A stretch of 64,000 bases of DNA from Chlorokybus atmophyticus (GCA_009103225.1 RHPI01001507.1:478805-542804), one strand, 5' to 3'. Shown: positions 1 through 12,739, counted from the stretch's first letter. Notes: generated from the letters alone by a model not told the origin. Made by a program: numbers and translations.

Positions 1-646
1 CGAAATGGTCCAGGATCCGGGCCCGTCCCGCGACCGTCTTGATCTCAATCTCTGCAGGGGTCAGGTTGACGATCACCAACTCCGATTCCTCCTCCTCTGC
101 TCTGTCAATGGCTGCCGCTATCGACAACCCGGTAGCTGCAGCGGGAGTGACAGGTGGAAAGACGGCTGCTGGATGGTGCAGTGATGCAGGTGCTATGGTA
201 TTGGCGAGCTCGCCATAACCATCAACTCGATGCAGTTCAGCAACAAACTTTTAGACATCATGTGCTTCATGGTCCAGATACTGAGCAGCAATGTGAAAAG
301 AGATCTCATCTGACCAGTTTTTGTTCTTCAGAGCCTGCTTTCGCATCTTGGAGTGGAACTTAATGATGAATTCGTCCAGAGAGTTAGTGCCAGCACGTCC
401 GGAGAAGTGCAGGGACGTGGTTGAGCTGGAAGACTCCATCTCGTAGTCGTCACTGTCGCACGAGAGTGGGGAAGCTCGATGCCGTTGAGTGGACAGAAAC
501 GGAGTGCAGTCGGTAATAGCACGTGAGCCTCTGCTGCTACGATCGTTGCTCCCGTCACTGATCCGCTCATAGGTGAGGTTGGAGGTTGGGCTCCAGATGC
601 GGAGGTCACCCTCGTCTATTGGAGAGAACGGGGTGGGCCTGCTCAT
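1..646 (-). pseudogene. Decayed Ty3/gypsy-like gag, running off the window start
   Basis: ORF 251..646 has FSGRAGTNSLDEFIIKF...W...IAAQYLDHEAHDV*. This resembles a retrotransposon gag N-terminus, with the stop where the conserved Trp is expected. The same frame continues open (KFVAELHRVDG...ILDHF) to base 1. Confidence 0.55.
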
Positions 647-843
647 ACAGCTAGTCCAAAGGTGAAAGTGTATGCAGGGTAGAGTGTTTGTACTCTACCG
701 TCTGTCTCGATGCCGCTACCACTCATCACACTAGTGCTTATGTGCGCACTAGGTAATGACAGTGATAACGAATGCCCAGGGATGTGTCCCTAGATACAGA
801 CTGCACTATCTGATGCAGAATGCAACGCACTCACTTGAGCAAA

Positions 844-1260
844 GAGGGTGACACTGTGAGTCAACAAGCCACTACTATAGGTAGTGCTGTTTACACAGTT
901 CTTTGCATGAGCGGAAAATGTGTTACACTGTTAAGTGAGGTGAATGAGCAAGCAACACGTGGATACTATGCCATGACTGATGCCAACAAGCACACTGCAA
1001 CCGGGCACACCAGGCCCACAGCGATGACAAGCATGATGCACACGCGAGCATGCACAGGCTCTCACACAGTGAGGGGGTTCTTGGTAACTGGGATGGCGTG
1101 TTCGTAGTTCAAGTCGTTTCACAAGCTCTTAGCTTTCTCACTTACAGTGTCACCAGCTGATCGGATGAACACTGTGACTACTTATACAAGTCAAATCATG
1201 ACTGTTCGGAACATGAGCTAACGATTATATCGAGGCTATTACCACAGCGATTGTCACTCG
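844..1260. repeat. Old dispersed repeat, copy 1 (core GAGGGT-n5-TGTGAGTCAACAAGCCAC)
   Basis: Aligns by eye with 2678-3080 over about 400 bp, with many substitutions and indels. The core motif also recurs near 22131 and 24337. Confidence 0.7.
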
Positions 1261-2181
1261 ATATAGAACACAACTTATAATCGAAATCACAACTGAACAG
1301 CTACGTGCGGTGCCTTTGTGGGCTATGGTTGTGAGCTACCCTTAAGTCATGACCTAGCTACTGGTCAGGGACGCGCGCGCGTTGGTATGTCGATAGGCTG
1401 GGTGACGGTTCTGATGTAGACATGCCTAAGGAAGGCTGGTATGTGTGGGCACCAAGCATGACAAGGTGTTCCCGGTGGAGTCTCTTGAGTTGATCACTTC
1501 AAACCTGAACCGCTTGCTGTATGAGTTCCTTAATGAACTGTGTTTATAGACGGGGCATGGTTTCTCCTGCGACGTAGTGTTAGCAAGACGATGAGTTGTA
1601 TCATGTTTAAACTACGAGTCACACCAATGTCACAATCTCGCACTCGAGATGAACTGGGGGTGTTTGCACTGGAATGTCTTTAACGCTTGGATGGTGTGAT
1701 ATTTCGTGTACCTGATATGTCGCGTAGTGAACATAGTGCTTGACATATGAATGGACATTGTGTTGTGCAGTATCTATAGGTATCGGAAACGCCAATGTGG
1801 TGGCCTGAGCCGTACGTCGGGATCATTCACGATCTCGATTGGGTGACAAATGTTGGCAAGAGATGGTGGCATGGGAGTGGCTTGGTTAATAGGCCATGTG
1901 CCTGCTACAGGCATAAACGCGCCGACAGTAGGATTGAGAGAGAGAGAGATTGTGGCGTGTCACTGCTGCTTGGCCCTAATATGCATGTTAATAGTCAACT
2001 CGGCTTAGTTAGGTGCACAATGCCACGTGTCATGTGTACTTTAGCATTAGCAAGGTGAGGTTGCATGCATGCTTATTTGTGGTTGTCCATTACACGACAC
2101 TGCATTTGCATGCAGTCCATTTGCATAATCAGCTACTACTGTTAGTAGGATTTCCAGTGCCATCCAGTATTCCACCAGGTC

Positions 2182-2330
2182 TTATTGTTGCTCCGCCTCA
2201 AGCTCTTTGAAGACGTCAAGGTGCGCTCGGCTTTGTAAGTGCGACCTCAAGTTCTGAGATGCCACCTTGCTCCACCCTTTGTGGTGTCCAGTGGCATAGC
2301 AGCCGAGAATGCAACGCACGCAGTAGTTGG
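2182..2330 (-). pseudogene. C2H2/TTF-like zinc-finger fragment, probably transposase-derived
   Basis: NYCVRCILG...KGW...NLRSHLQSRAH shows a CxxC...HxxxxxH spacing like hAT N-terminal zinc fingers. The fragment is short and ends at a stop. Confidence 0.3.
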
Positions 2331-2677
2331 CGACCGTCGCTATCTGCTGCTGCGCCATGCTGTGCGTCAAGCGCCTTGTAATGCATACTAGTGACATCAT
2401 GCAGTCGCCGCCGCCCACTGGTTTGGGCTGCCAAACTGTTGAAGTTGCAAGCTGTCGTGCCTGCCATGGTCGAGGGTCACGCCGTCTCGGGCACACTGCA
2501 GACGAGTGCCCATACTGTGGGCAAGCTGGTTGTACGCGCAGCATTAGAGCAACGCAAACAATGACACCCCCCCAAACGTAGGCATATGCTTGGGGATGAA
2601 CCTATACGAGGATCGGTTAGTAGTAGAGCTGATGACGCTCTCCTCCTTACTGTACCTACCGTGTTGTAGTACACACC

Positions 2678-3110
2678 GTCAACAAGCCACTACGATAGGT
2701 AGCGCTGTATACACAGCACTTTGCATGAGTGGGTGATACATTACACTGTTAAGTGAGGTGAATGGATAAGCAACTCAGAAATGCTATGTTCTGACTGATG
2801 CAGCAAACACACCACCGCCAAGCTCACAGCAATGACAAGCACAGCGCACAAGAGCATACACTGTGTCTCACGTGGTAAGGCAGTCCTTGGCAACAGGGAC
2901 GGTGTGCTTCCAGTTCAAGTCGCTTCACAAGCTCTTAAAGTCAGAGTCTCTACTCTTAGTACTCACTCACACTGTCACCACCGAGTCTAGTGTCATGACT
3001 TCCTACTGATACATGTCAAATCATGACTGTGTAGTGCCATGCGGGCACTAGGCCAACGGTCACATCGAGGCTGAATGCTAAGCTCCCCTAAGACTCGACA
3101 TAACACATGA
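2678..3110. repeat. Old dispersed repeat, copy 2 (5' truncated)
   Basis: gtcaacaagccactacgataggtagcgctg... parallels 860 onward, through cacaagctctta and gtcaaatcatgactgt. Confidence 0.7.
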
Positions 3111-3702
3111 GCTGATAAACAACTCCTAACTGATCAACTACGCGCGGTTCCTATCGCGAGGTCTATAGAGTAGCTCTAGCTACAAGCTACATGGAGTACG
3201 AAGTAGCTAGCAGCGGACTGTAGCGCGTGCGGTCTTCATGCTGGTAGCCCGGGCTTTGGGCTGGTCGGCATGCTCGAGGAGGACTGTCATGCGAGGGTTT
3301 TGGGCATAAAAGCTTTACAAGCTGAAGGCCAAGTGTGCTTGCATTCAATTGTATGATATAACAAAGAACGATGGCATGTTTCATCCCATTATTGGTCCAA
3401 TAAACGCCGGCGACCCGTCTTTCAATGCTATCATTGTACTACCACAGCAACCACACATTTGCGCCAGCATCTTTATGCGACTTTGGCGACAATCATACTT
3501 GCTCACATCAAGTGATATTCTAACACATACAACGCCGTATAATTATAAGTTGGCATGTTTAGCATAGGGTACGCCATGTAAACATATGTTAAGTTAAGCT
3601 GACACATTATCAAACATGATCGTATGCGATTGCATCAGGATAACGGATAGCCGTGTTCATTTCCAATCATAGCCGCATCACATTGAGCATGTCGGGGCAT
3701 GT

Positions 3703-4217
3703 TTGTGGACATTGTGGAAGTGCTTCCACAAGCGGGCGCATGTTATGTACAACAGCGGGGGTTGTCATGGAGCAGGTCTGTTTGTGCTTTTGTGTCGTTG
3801 TTGTTGCAATGTACCGACTAGCTCTGTGATGATTCTCCTATCATTTTTTGTAGGCCATGTCTGCGGTATCAGCTGGGAAGCTATTGTGGAGTCCGTGCGC
3901 TTTGATGATGTATGGTGTACTTCCGATTTTGGGTTAAATGCGCACAAAGCTTATGCTGCTATGGAGCGAGCATTAGTAACTATGGCTGACTATGACGGGG
4001 CTTGTGTCTTCATGGCGGAGGCCACTGGTTGTGTTCATGACCACGCAAGATCAGCACCCTGTATGAGTGTATCGTGTAGTTTCTATGAAACAAATGTATA
4101 GTCATAATCCCCAGCTCCTGATTCTTGTGATTTCCCGAGAGATGGACAAAAAATGGCGCATGCTGCATAATGCACATCCTAACGTTCTTGCGCGTCATGC
4201 AGCTGAGGAGTCAACAA
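3703..4217 (+). pseudogene. Unidentified exon-like coding remnants
   Basis: Segments bounded by AG/GT read GHVCGISWEAIVESVRFDDVW...HARSAP and MDKKWRMLHNAHPNVLARHAAEEST. No family recognised. Confidence 0.3.
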
Positions 4218-5444
4218 GGTAGCAACGCATGCGTGAAGCTTGGTACGCGGACATTGTGTGAAGTGCGTTTTTGGTCTTGGTTGGGATACATAATAAAGAC
4301 ATGCTGCAGTGACATTACACTGTAACAATGGAAACGTGCACAGCGTTGATTGCTTCAGCTGGACGAAATAACAGCGTTCAATCTTCACTTGTATGCTAGT
4401 TGTGCACTGATTGCTTCAGCTGGACGAAATAACAGATGGCACCTTGCAGTGGACCTATAGGTTCGCAGCTGCCGTTGGCCCTTTGTATAAGTCCTCTTGA
4501 CATTCTTCCCAGCTGAAGTAGTCGTAAGCACCATGTTGTCTCGAGCCATCTAATGACCGGTCGCTGTCGTCAGGCACTAGGCACGCGCAAGTTTGTTGAA
4601 AGTTGATGATTAGAGCATTGTGTTATTACTTTTGCCATTTATATTTAAATTTGTAAGTGGAACTCTAAGTAGTCAGCAATTGTTGTAAGCCTAAGAACAT
4701 GTGACCAAACACGATGCAACCACTTGCCTATTGTTTGGCATTATCGACTTATCCACATTTTTAATCCAGTCATGCTTGTAGCCATGATGACACCCTCAGG
4801 TCGTTCACTTGCACACAGTCAGCGATTGAACATGTGGCAAACCTCATCCCATAACTTCCCTTACCATGGTACGCAGCTAATCTTCACTGTTGCGAGCGTA
4901 TTGTAGTTCATCTTATAACCTTGCGATCTCCTGTCCCTGATCAGGTTGCTGGGCGCAAGTTTGGTTGTTGACATCCTCCATGCTGGATGGGTTACCCACA
5001 TCCACATTCCTGCTACAATACACACCAGCAGTCCCACGTGGTTACACTATTCCCTCGAGACCCTTGTCCATACACATCACAACAATTATACCAACTCGCT
5101 CCATACACACTGTCATTAATCACTCCATTGACGCAAAGGCGTTGTGTTGTTCAATATGTAAATGATGTGACGGTTTTTATCGATTCGCTTCTTCACGGAT
5201 TGTCGCAAAACTTGGACGTACGACGGTTAATTGCAATGGCCGCAAACTAATCTTACCCACACATGGTATTCATAACTGATAGTTACTCTTCTGCCAGCAA
5301 TGCATTGACACTGCAACTGCATACGCGCATTCAAAGGGTACATCATTCCCACAATCATGGCAAAAGAAAACAGTCAATCACACAACATTCAGTGGCACCC
5401 GTGTACGCACATACAACCTGGCACAGTCCTGTCACATGTAGGTA

Positions 5445-6770
5445 CTATTGCTTTTTATATTTGCAAAAACCATTACCACCACGGCGTCGAGCTGAAAATG
5501 CCCTAAAACTGCTGAGTTTACTTTGGTCATTATTGTAACCGTTTCTACCACAAGAGTTGTACTGCGAAATGTACTTTGCTTTTAACCAATCCAAGTGTTT
5601 TTTGCTATATGCCTTGTTTAATACATGCATCACTACTTGATTCGCAAAACTACCATTTTCAACCAAGTCCTTTACCATCATCTTGGGTAGATGTCTATGT
5701 GTTCCTTGAAACGTCGCTCTGGGTTGCTGTTCTAACTATTGTAAACCTTTCCAATTCCCAGGTGTCAGTTTGTAGATGTTTGTAGATGCAGCGCGCACCC
5801 TCTAGCTCATCCACCAACGTTTTTTTGCACCACGCGCTGCTGCTCGCATGTTGGTGGGGGTAGCGTTGCATGCTGTCGAACGTAACAGCATCTGTACCTC
5901 CTCAGCCACCTGCATCATGGAGCGATCATGTGGTCGAGCACATGTGAAATATGCATGTGTAGCAATCAGAGCAACCGTGTTGTTGCGTAATACTGTACCT
6001 GATGAGTGGGAAATATGCAGCCAGCGTGTCTTGATTAGGATCTGCCTTGTTGATCTGATCAAGGATCTTTTCCGCCTAACCTGACGACGTTACGTGGACA
6101 GCATCTCAGTTGCACACCTTTCGCACGTGAACGAGTTCAGACACCTGTGCGTCACACATACGATGTTAGTAATGCCTTACCATTGTCGGTACACCATTCC
6201 AAAGATCCAAACGTACACTATGTATATGGCATGCCGTGGATAACTTACTTAAATAGCCAGAATTGGATGAGAACTCTTAGGCAGATTGGGTTGTTTTGGC
6301 GCAACAGGGTGTCCCATAACTTGTATGAGACTTGGCGCTTGAGATCATCTTCCACATCAATGCCCATCTTGCGAATGTAAAAGATGCAGGTATTAGACAC
6401 AACACCATTAGTGTATGTGGCACGCTCTGACTCTGACTAGCAGTAGTACACAGTATACAAACAAAAGTAGTAGTAGTGCACAGTAGGTACTTGTTGCTAT
6501 GGCATCACTGTATCCTGCACGAAACTCAGCAGCATGCTCTTTGGCTGGACGAATTAACTTGTCTGCGTCGGCCTTGGTGAACAGTCTTTTTAACTTGCCT
6601 GGAGTCACACCGGCGTTGTCACACGACCACATTTGCTTAGCGGACAGCGCGCGCCCAAAGCCCTTGCTGCTGCCGCTGGTGCATTGGCGTTCGGTCCCAG
6701 GTCCATCATTAGACAGCTGGGAGTTCAACTTGTCGAAGATGGCTTGAGCGTTGAAGTCCATGTCGCATAA
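5445..6770 (-). pseudogene. Decayed multi-exon gene with a C-terminal GIY-YIG endonuclease domain
   Basis: Removing an exact 10-bp tandem duplication (5769-5788) and allowing two small frameshifts gives CIYKLT-LGIGKVY...NPERRFKEH-RHLPKMMVKDL...WL(K)AKYISQYNS...GYN, the GIY-YIG motif order. Upstream splice-bounded segments near 6770-6490, 6430-6250, 6080-5998 and 5910-5898 lead into it in compatible phases. Confidence 0.65.
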
Positions 6771-7448
6771 AAAAACCAACAAACCAAAGTTAGCAAGTTT
6801 TGACGCGTTCTGTCATCTAAAGTATAGATCCAACAACAACAGCACCGCACATGCTATGCAACTTGCGGTCATACCCGAAAGTCACGGATTGAATAGAGGA
6901 AGACGAGGTTGAGGCTCTCACTAGCGCCAGTGGGTGAAAGCGGGACGTGTCACCAGGAACCAGTAACGAAGGCTAGCAGTTGGGAGACTTATATCCTCTG
7001 TGTACATAAAATGACGAGCTCATGATCATACGGTTACCAATTACAAAACAACGATTATGCAAATTTGTTTTGCTATTGGCTGCAAATTGGGAAGTTTGAC
7101 AAATTCAACCATGGTTGTCTGCTTGCAGATATTATATTACATCAAAGATAGTAGTGGCACATGTGTAAGATAACCATTCGCGTCGTGGGATCATACCGTC
7201 CGCATGCCGAAAAAGATGCATTCTGCGTTAAGGTCGTACACTGGCAGGAGTATATGTACGATTTGTCGCGAGCCTTACATCACAGAAGCTTTTTAATATG
7301 GTACACTACGATCGCAATATCACCATATTCAAGCACATGCAAGTGCATGGTAACAATATGCACATATATGTAGACATATGCTGTCACATGCAAACATATG
7401 ACATGCCGTGTGACAAGATCACGTCATTGCAACCACTTTACTCGTAGG

Positions 7449-10400
7449 TCATTCCCACGGAACAGATGCCATTTCCTCGAGGTCGGGCATTTGCATCACG
7501 CTTAGTAGCGACCCGTTGGTTACACGTGATAGTGCTACATACCACAGTTTTGGCGTAAAAGCATTTTGCATATGCACCAGAGTATGATGTACTAATGTAG
7601 CACCCTGGGCTTTGTGAACGGTCATGGCATGAGCCAATTGCAATAGGAATGCATTTTTGTGATAAGTCTTGCCTTGAGAAGTGGTGTACTTGTGTGCTGT
7701 GCGTTAAATCCATATTGTATTTTATGTAGTCTCCATTGTCATACAGATACTTGTTAGGTTGCCCTTGTAGAATCGAAAATTTTAAAGTATTGCTATAGCG
7801 CCATTGGCAGCTTCATTACTTAAACTCATATTTTCCAATATCAGCACCTTAACACCTGCTACAACACGCAGCAACATGTTAAACTTGGGTTTTTGTAACT
7901 ACTCTTGTAATTCTGGCACTGTTGCAGCGTTGGTATGAATTTACACTTGTTGTATGTGTGACGTTGGGAACTGCTGTTGCAACACCAAGTCATTGAACAT
8001 CAAAATGTCTTGTACATGGAATTTAACACCGTAGTGGTTGCGGGAATGCAACTCAACACGTTGCGAGATAATAGATATCTGCCTAGTACCGATTGGATTT
8101 CTACTGATGTGGGAACAGTGGATTGAATATTGGCCAAAAACCATGAAAACTCAGGGTCTGAAACATGGCGCACAGATCTTGCAAGTTCATGTTGAACGCG
8201 AACAAACCACCAGCGAGATTGAAACATGTGGCACCTACTGCACACTTAATTGCTGTCTTCGGTGCGATAATGGCAGACTGCAAGGGAGTTGTTTGTGATC
8301 GCCCACAAGTATTACAGTCACATTCGTTCAAAAATCGACTCCATGAACTTCCCGTACATGTATATACACAACATTAAAGGATTGCCCGATCATCATATAG
8401 AACTCATCAATGAGAAAGATACGACACGATGCTAGTCGCTTGTACATGTCATGTGTCGCACTAAGGTACGACAGGAATTGGCCGATTATAGGAATGGCAT
8501 AATTGGTATGTGCAGTTTGCGCATACGGACTGAGTCGTACAGCAGCTGCTCCTGTTGTAGCACTGAGCAGAATTGGTAACCTGCTGAGCGCGGTTGATGC
8601 ATAATGTGTTTGAGAAGATAGGTTTTACCAGCACCTGAACAGCTAGAAATGACATGCAAATCAGCTATTTGTGTGCAATTGCGGTTGGTGATGTTTTGTT
8701 GTTCTGATGTCAAGGAGCACCCTGAAGTATTAACAAACTCCTAAAGGTTGCACGCGCCAGTAACATACTCGTCTTCTGTGCCTCATGCGTTTCTTAATTG
8801 TCATTGTCGATGGCTCTAGCCATGGAAGCAACCAAACTGTTAGACTTTACCATTGTTGTGCAGTGTTTTTGAGCATATTGCATTATATGGAAATGCAGCG
8901 TGTGGGTGGCATTGTTGATCAAACCGCGGTGGATGCATCTGTGAAGTTTTTACCTTGCACATTGTTGAGTGACATCAATTAAGCTTCGCTGCGAAATACA
9001 ACATGTTGCAACAGCAATTTGCAACAATATCCCTCAACATGTTATGCGGGACGATCTTCAGAAAGTTGTATGATATGTGGTGCATTGAGTACATAGCTTT
9101 GCCAGTGTCAGTTGATCAGTTGGAGTACGCACAGTATCTCGGGGAACAGGTTCATGGTTCCCACGTCGTACAAAGCGTTGAATATAGTTGGCCAGCGTGA
9201 TCTATGCCACTTCATCAAGCCGCACGCAGTAGATATCGATTGCGTACACCAAAACTTGTTTAGCATGTCGCAATGTACGTTGACGCAGTTTGGGTACATG
9301 CGTATCAACATATGTGACACTTGCAGACATCTGAAGCATGGGGATTCCCAAACAGATTAATGCTGCTTTTGCAGGTGCAATAGATTTGAACAAATCCATC
9401 ATTCTGGTGACACGCGGTTCGTTTTGAGTCAGACCTTGCAAACCCACGACATTGCATCCAATGCATTATTCAGCGTGTCTGCGGGCTCCATTTTTGTAGT
9501 ATATTCGACTAGGTTCTTGATCTAGTGACTATTTGTCATATGTAAAACATTGGAATGTGCACCCCACAATAGTAATACCACTAGATGATATGGAACAACA
9601 TTGTGATCACAGTGTTGTAGCCGATAATGCTCATACCTCACGATTTGCCGTTGAATTGAGCGCGTGTTCAATGTGAACTTAGTACGGGAAACCCATGTCG
9701 CACTGTTCAATGCATGAACGACAGTCCATCCCAACATCGCTGCATTTATGCATTTGTTTGTGCACAACACAATTTTCATGCAGTATCTTCAACCAAGCAA
9801 CACTGGGAACAATCATTAGTTGATTTCTTCATCATCGTCGCCTGAGATAAACGCTACTATCTTATTACAAGCACGTTCAACTTCAATGATACATTGTCCG
9901 GGTACAACCACAACATAATATGCGCGTGCAATGAATTTTGATGTTGTGTTTTGTACCTGATGACGTGGTGCATGACACGGGCCAAGAATGTCATAGATTT
10001 TAATGTACTCCTTTAAAAAGTCATTACACGATGGTCAAACAAAAACGCGCACCTAATTAGGTCATCTAGCCAAGACAATAACGGTAAGATTGTCTGCAAG
10101 ACATGTTGTAAGTCTATAATCTCTGAAAACTGGTCTGGCCACTTCATCAGCAGTCAAGGTAAAAAACAGAGTGGGCATGCCCTAATGCTGCACCAGACAC
10201 AGTAGATCACTGAGTTGTTAACGATGCCAATCAAGAGATCCAATTACATCACCTAGCACTCAATACTTAACAACGTGCTTGATTGCGTCGTTGATGCTTG
10301 CGCCAGGGTGTTTACGTATGTACTTTTGCATATGTTCTTTGATTGCCACTTTGCAACAATTTTTAACCATGGTGATAGACTGTCGAACATGATACATTAG

Positions 10401-11600
10401 CAACAGATAAGGTTTGTACAAAGTGGATAGTAAGCAGCATACAGCGTAGCATAAGATAGTCAGTCAACCTTTGATACACATTACCATTTAAGAATCCGCG
10501 TCCAACAGGAAACAGTATGGGACATTGCACAGTTGCGATGATGATATCGGCAATATTGTACTAACCATCCGACTGTGCTTGCAGCACAAGTTCAAATAAG
10601 AGGATTGCATAATTGCATATGCCCAGCACGCAACAAGACATCTACGTTATCCCGGGAGTTGTTGCAGACAGGTATTGGTAAAAGCGCAACGTAATGGTGC
10701 GCATTGCTATCAACAATGTTGATAGGGTTGCGTTCTTGGTGACGTAACATTATGTTCTCAATCGCAGCTGCACGACGATGGAATACCACTTGCACCTAGA
10801 GGCTGCTCCATTGAAGTACTGTATTTGTGAATGAGTGGATTGCTTCTGATGAGATCAGCTAGCAATACACGAACACTCTTGCAAGATGAACGTGCAGGTG
10901 TGTCCCAGGGATATGAAAGGGCCATTCACCATATCCAACTGCTGAAGAGTGCCAGATGCGAATGCGTAGGGATGGTAGAAATTGGGGACGCTATGGATGT
11001 GTTCAATAGCGAAAGCAATTGAACATCCATTGGATGTGACTCTAACACCTTACGAATATAAACGCTGTGATGAAATGCTAAGTAGTTGCCTCAAGTAGAA
11101 CCCGCACAACATCGACAACATATGATGTATAGGTTGTGATGCAGGGTGTAAGCTGCCATAAACATATTGGCAATTTTAAAAGCTAGCTGGGACAACGTTG
11201 ATGTCTGCATGGGTGTTGCATTGGGAGAGTAACACTAAACGACCCCACACATGGCGCAACATTGCATTTTTCAAACAAATTCGTGTTGTACACATTGCCA
11301 CACGGACAGCCATTGGTCGCACTGCAATCAAAGCATAGTGCGTGTCATAATTTACGTGACTAGCAAACGACACAATGTGACATTGGAACAATTGAATGGC
11401 TCACCAACATTCAAGGCCCAATCGCTTCAACGTGTTCGTTCAATGATAAACTGCTGCACAGAGGTCCATGAACGCCGCCCTCTGTGGCCGTGGCCGCCGC
11501 CGCCATAACACCAACAGTATTAGCACAAAACGAGCAAGTACATAGTAATATGACGCAATTGTTTGCCATATGTAGCCATATGGTTAATTGAGTCGCCATA
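7449..11600 (-). mobile_element. Decayed Helitron Rep-PIF1 helicase gene with HLE2/Helitron2-like motifs
   Basis: Rep motif 1 GMPTLFFTLTADE (~10143-10181); HUH motif SLHAHIM (~9918-9935); VVPYH...WGAHSNV followed by EYTTKMEP (~9485-9600). Helicase motifs: GAGKT (~8625), IFLIDE (~8403-8420), ILVGDHKQLP (~8285-8315), LARSVRHVSDPEF (~8150-8190), and LAHAMTVHKAQGATL...YVALSRV (7520-7640). All are colinear, with stops and frameshifts. The 5' limit is uncertain. Confidence 0.9.
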
Positions 11601-12517
11601 TGTGTAATCTGATTGCCGCTGCGCGAGTAGTAGTATTGTGCATGACTTGCTGCCTATCATTGGCTAGGCGGCGAGTAACAGCATTGAACCTTCGGATCTG
11701 TCAAGGACAATTGTGGCCGTCCAAACCACATCTTCACATTACGCATTGGCCGCATATGAGGTGTAGGGAGCAGTGAGAGCTAATCTTAAATCGCTGGATA
11801 CAATGGATGTGCTTGCTCAATCCGAATACTACTCATTGTTACCGTTCAAACCTACCCCGATCACAATTGCAGTTATCACTATTTTCTATAGTATCGCCCC
11901 AAAACGTCAAAGAACACCGCGTTACATGAGCACATCAATGGAAGAACGGTTTTGAGTTGGTATGTAAAATGAATGAATTACTTCATGGTCGGTATATTGA
12001 TTTGATACCATACACACAAAAAGTAGCGCAACCGTTACGCCGCAGTGCGTCAATTTTAATGGTACATAAGCCAGGCGGTAGCATCGTTGAAAACGCGGTG
12101 GCCGATCGCTGCGTATGAAGCGCAAGAAATCTTTGGCGCGACACGGCAATGGCGAACAAAAATGGTGCGCTATGTGTCGCGCGCGTAAATTACAAAACGC
12201 ATTTCCATTGGTACAAGGTTGGAAGGCACCCCATACCCCTGAAGAGACTTCGAACCTATCATACTAACAGCAATCCCATCCTGTCCGTTATTACGAGATC
12301 TTCTACTATCATAACCGTTTTCGTTTGGCCGTCGGCCAATGTACATCCAGCCGAATTAGGCCATGTGTGTGCAAGACAGTTTGAGTATTGTTGCAAACTG
12401 AATTGCACTTACTTCTTTTTGTGCATTGCATTCAACATCACAATAATACAACCATTTATTTACCAAGAATAGTACTCCGTGATGAACATTAATAGTTAAT
12501 ATTAGGGTTGTTAAGTA

Positions 12518-12739
12518 TATCAGACACAACCTTTTACGATACAAAATCATGCATAATCGATCACAACATAGGTTCAAAGGCAACTACATTCGTTTATTCA
12601 TTGCAGTTTTTGTTCACATTGATTGCTCTATCAGACACAACCTTTTACGATACAAAATCATGCATAATCGATCACAACATAGGTTCAAAGGCAATTACAT
12701 TCGTTTATTCATTGCAATTTTTGTTCACATTGATTGCTC
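12518..12739. repeat. Tandem duplication, 2 x 111 bp
   Basis: tatcagacacaacctttt... starts at 12518 and at 12629; the copies are nearly identical. Confidence 0.95.

Noticed and set aside
2440-2540. Plus-strand zinc-knuckle-like CRAC...GHTADECPYC
   Set aside because: The spacing does not fit CCHC, and the opposite strand gives a more coherent zinc-finger-like reading.
4600-12500. Fanzor/TnpB or AP endonuclease cargo in the Helitron
   Set aside because: No RuvC, zinc-finger-plus-NAA or EEP motifs recognised by eye. A heavily decayed copy cannot be excluded without an HMM search.
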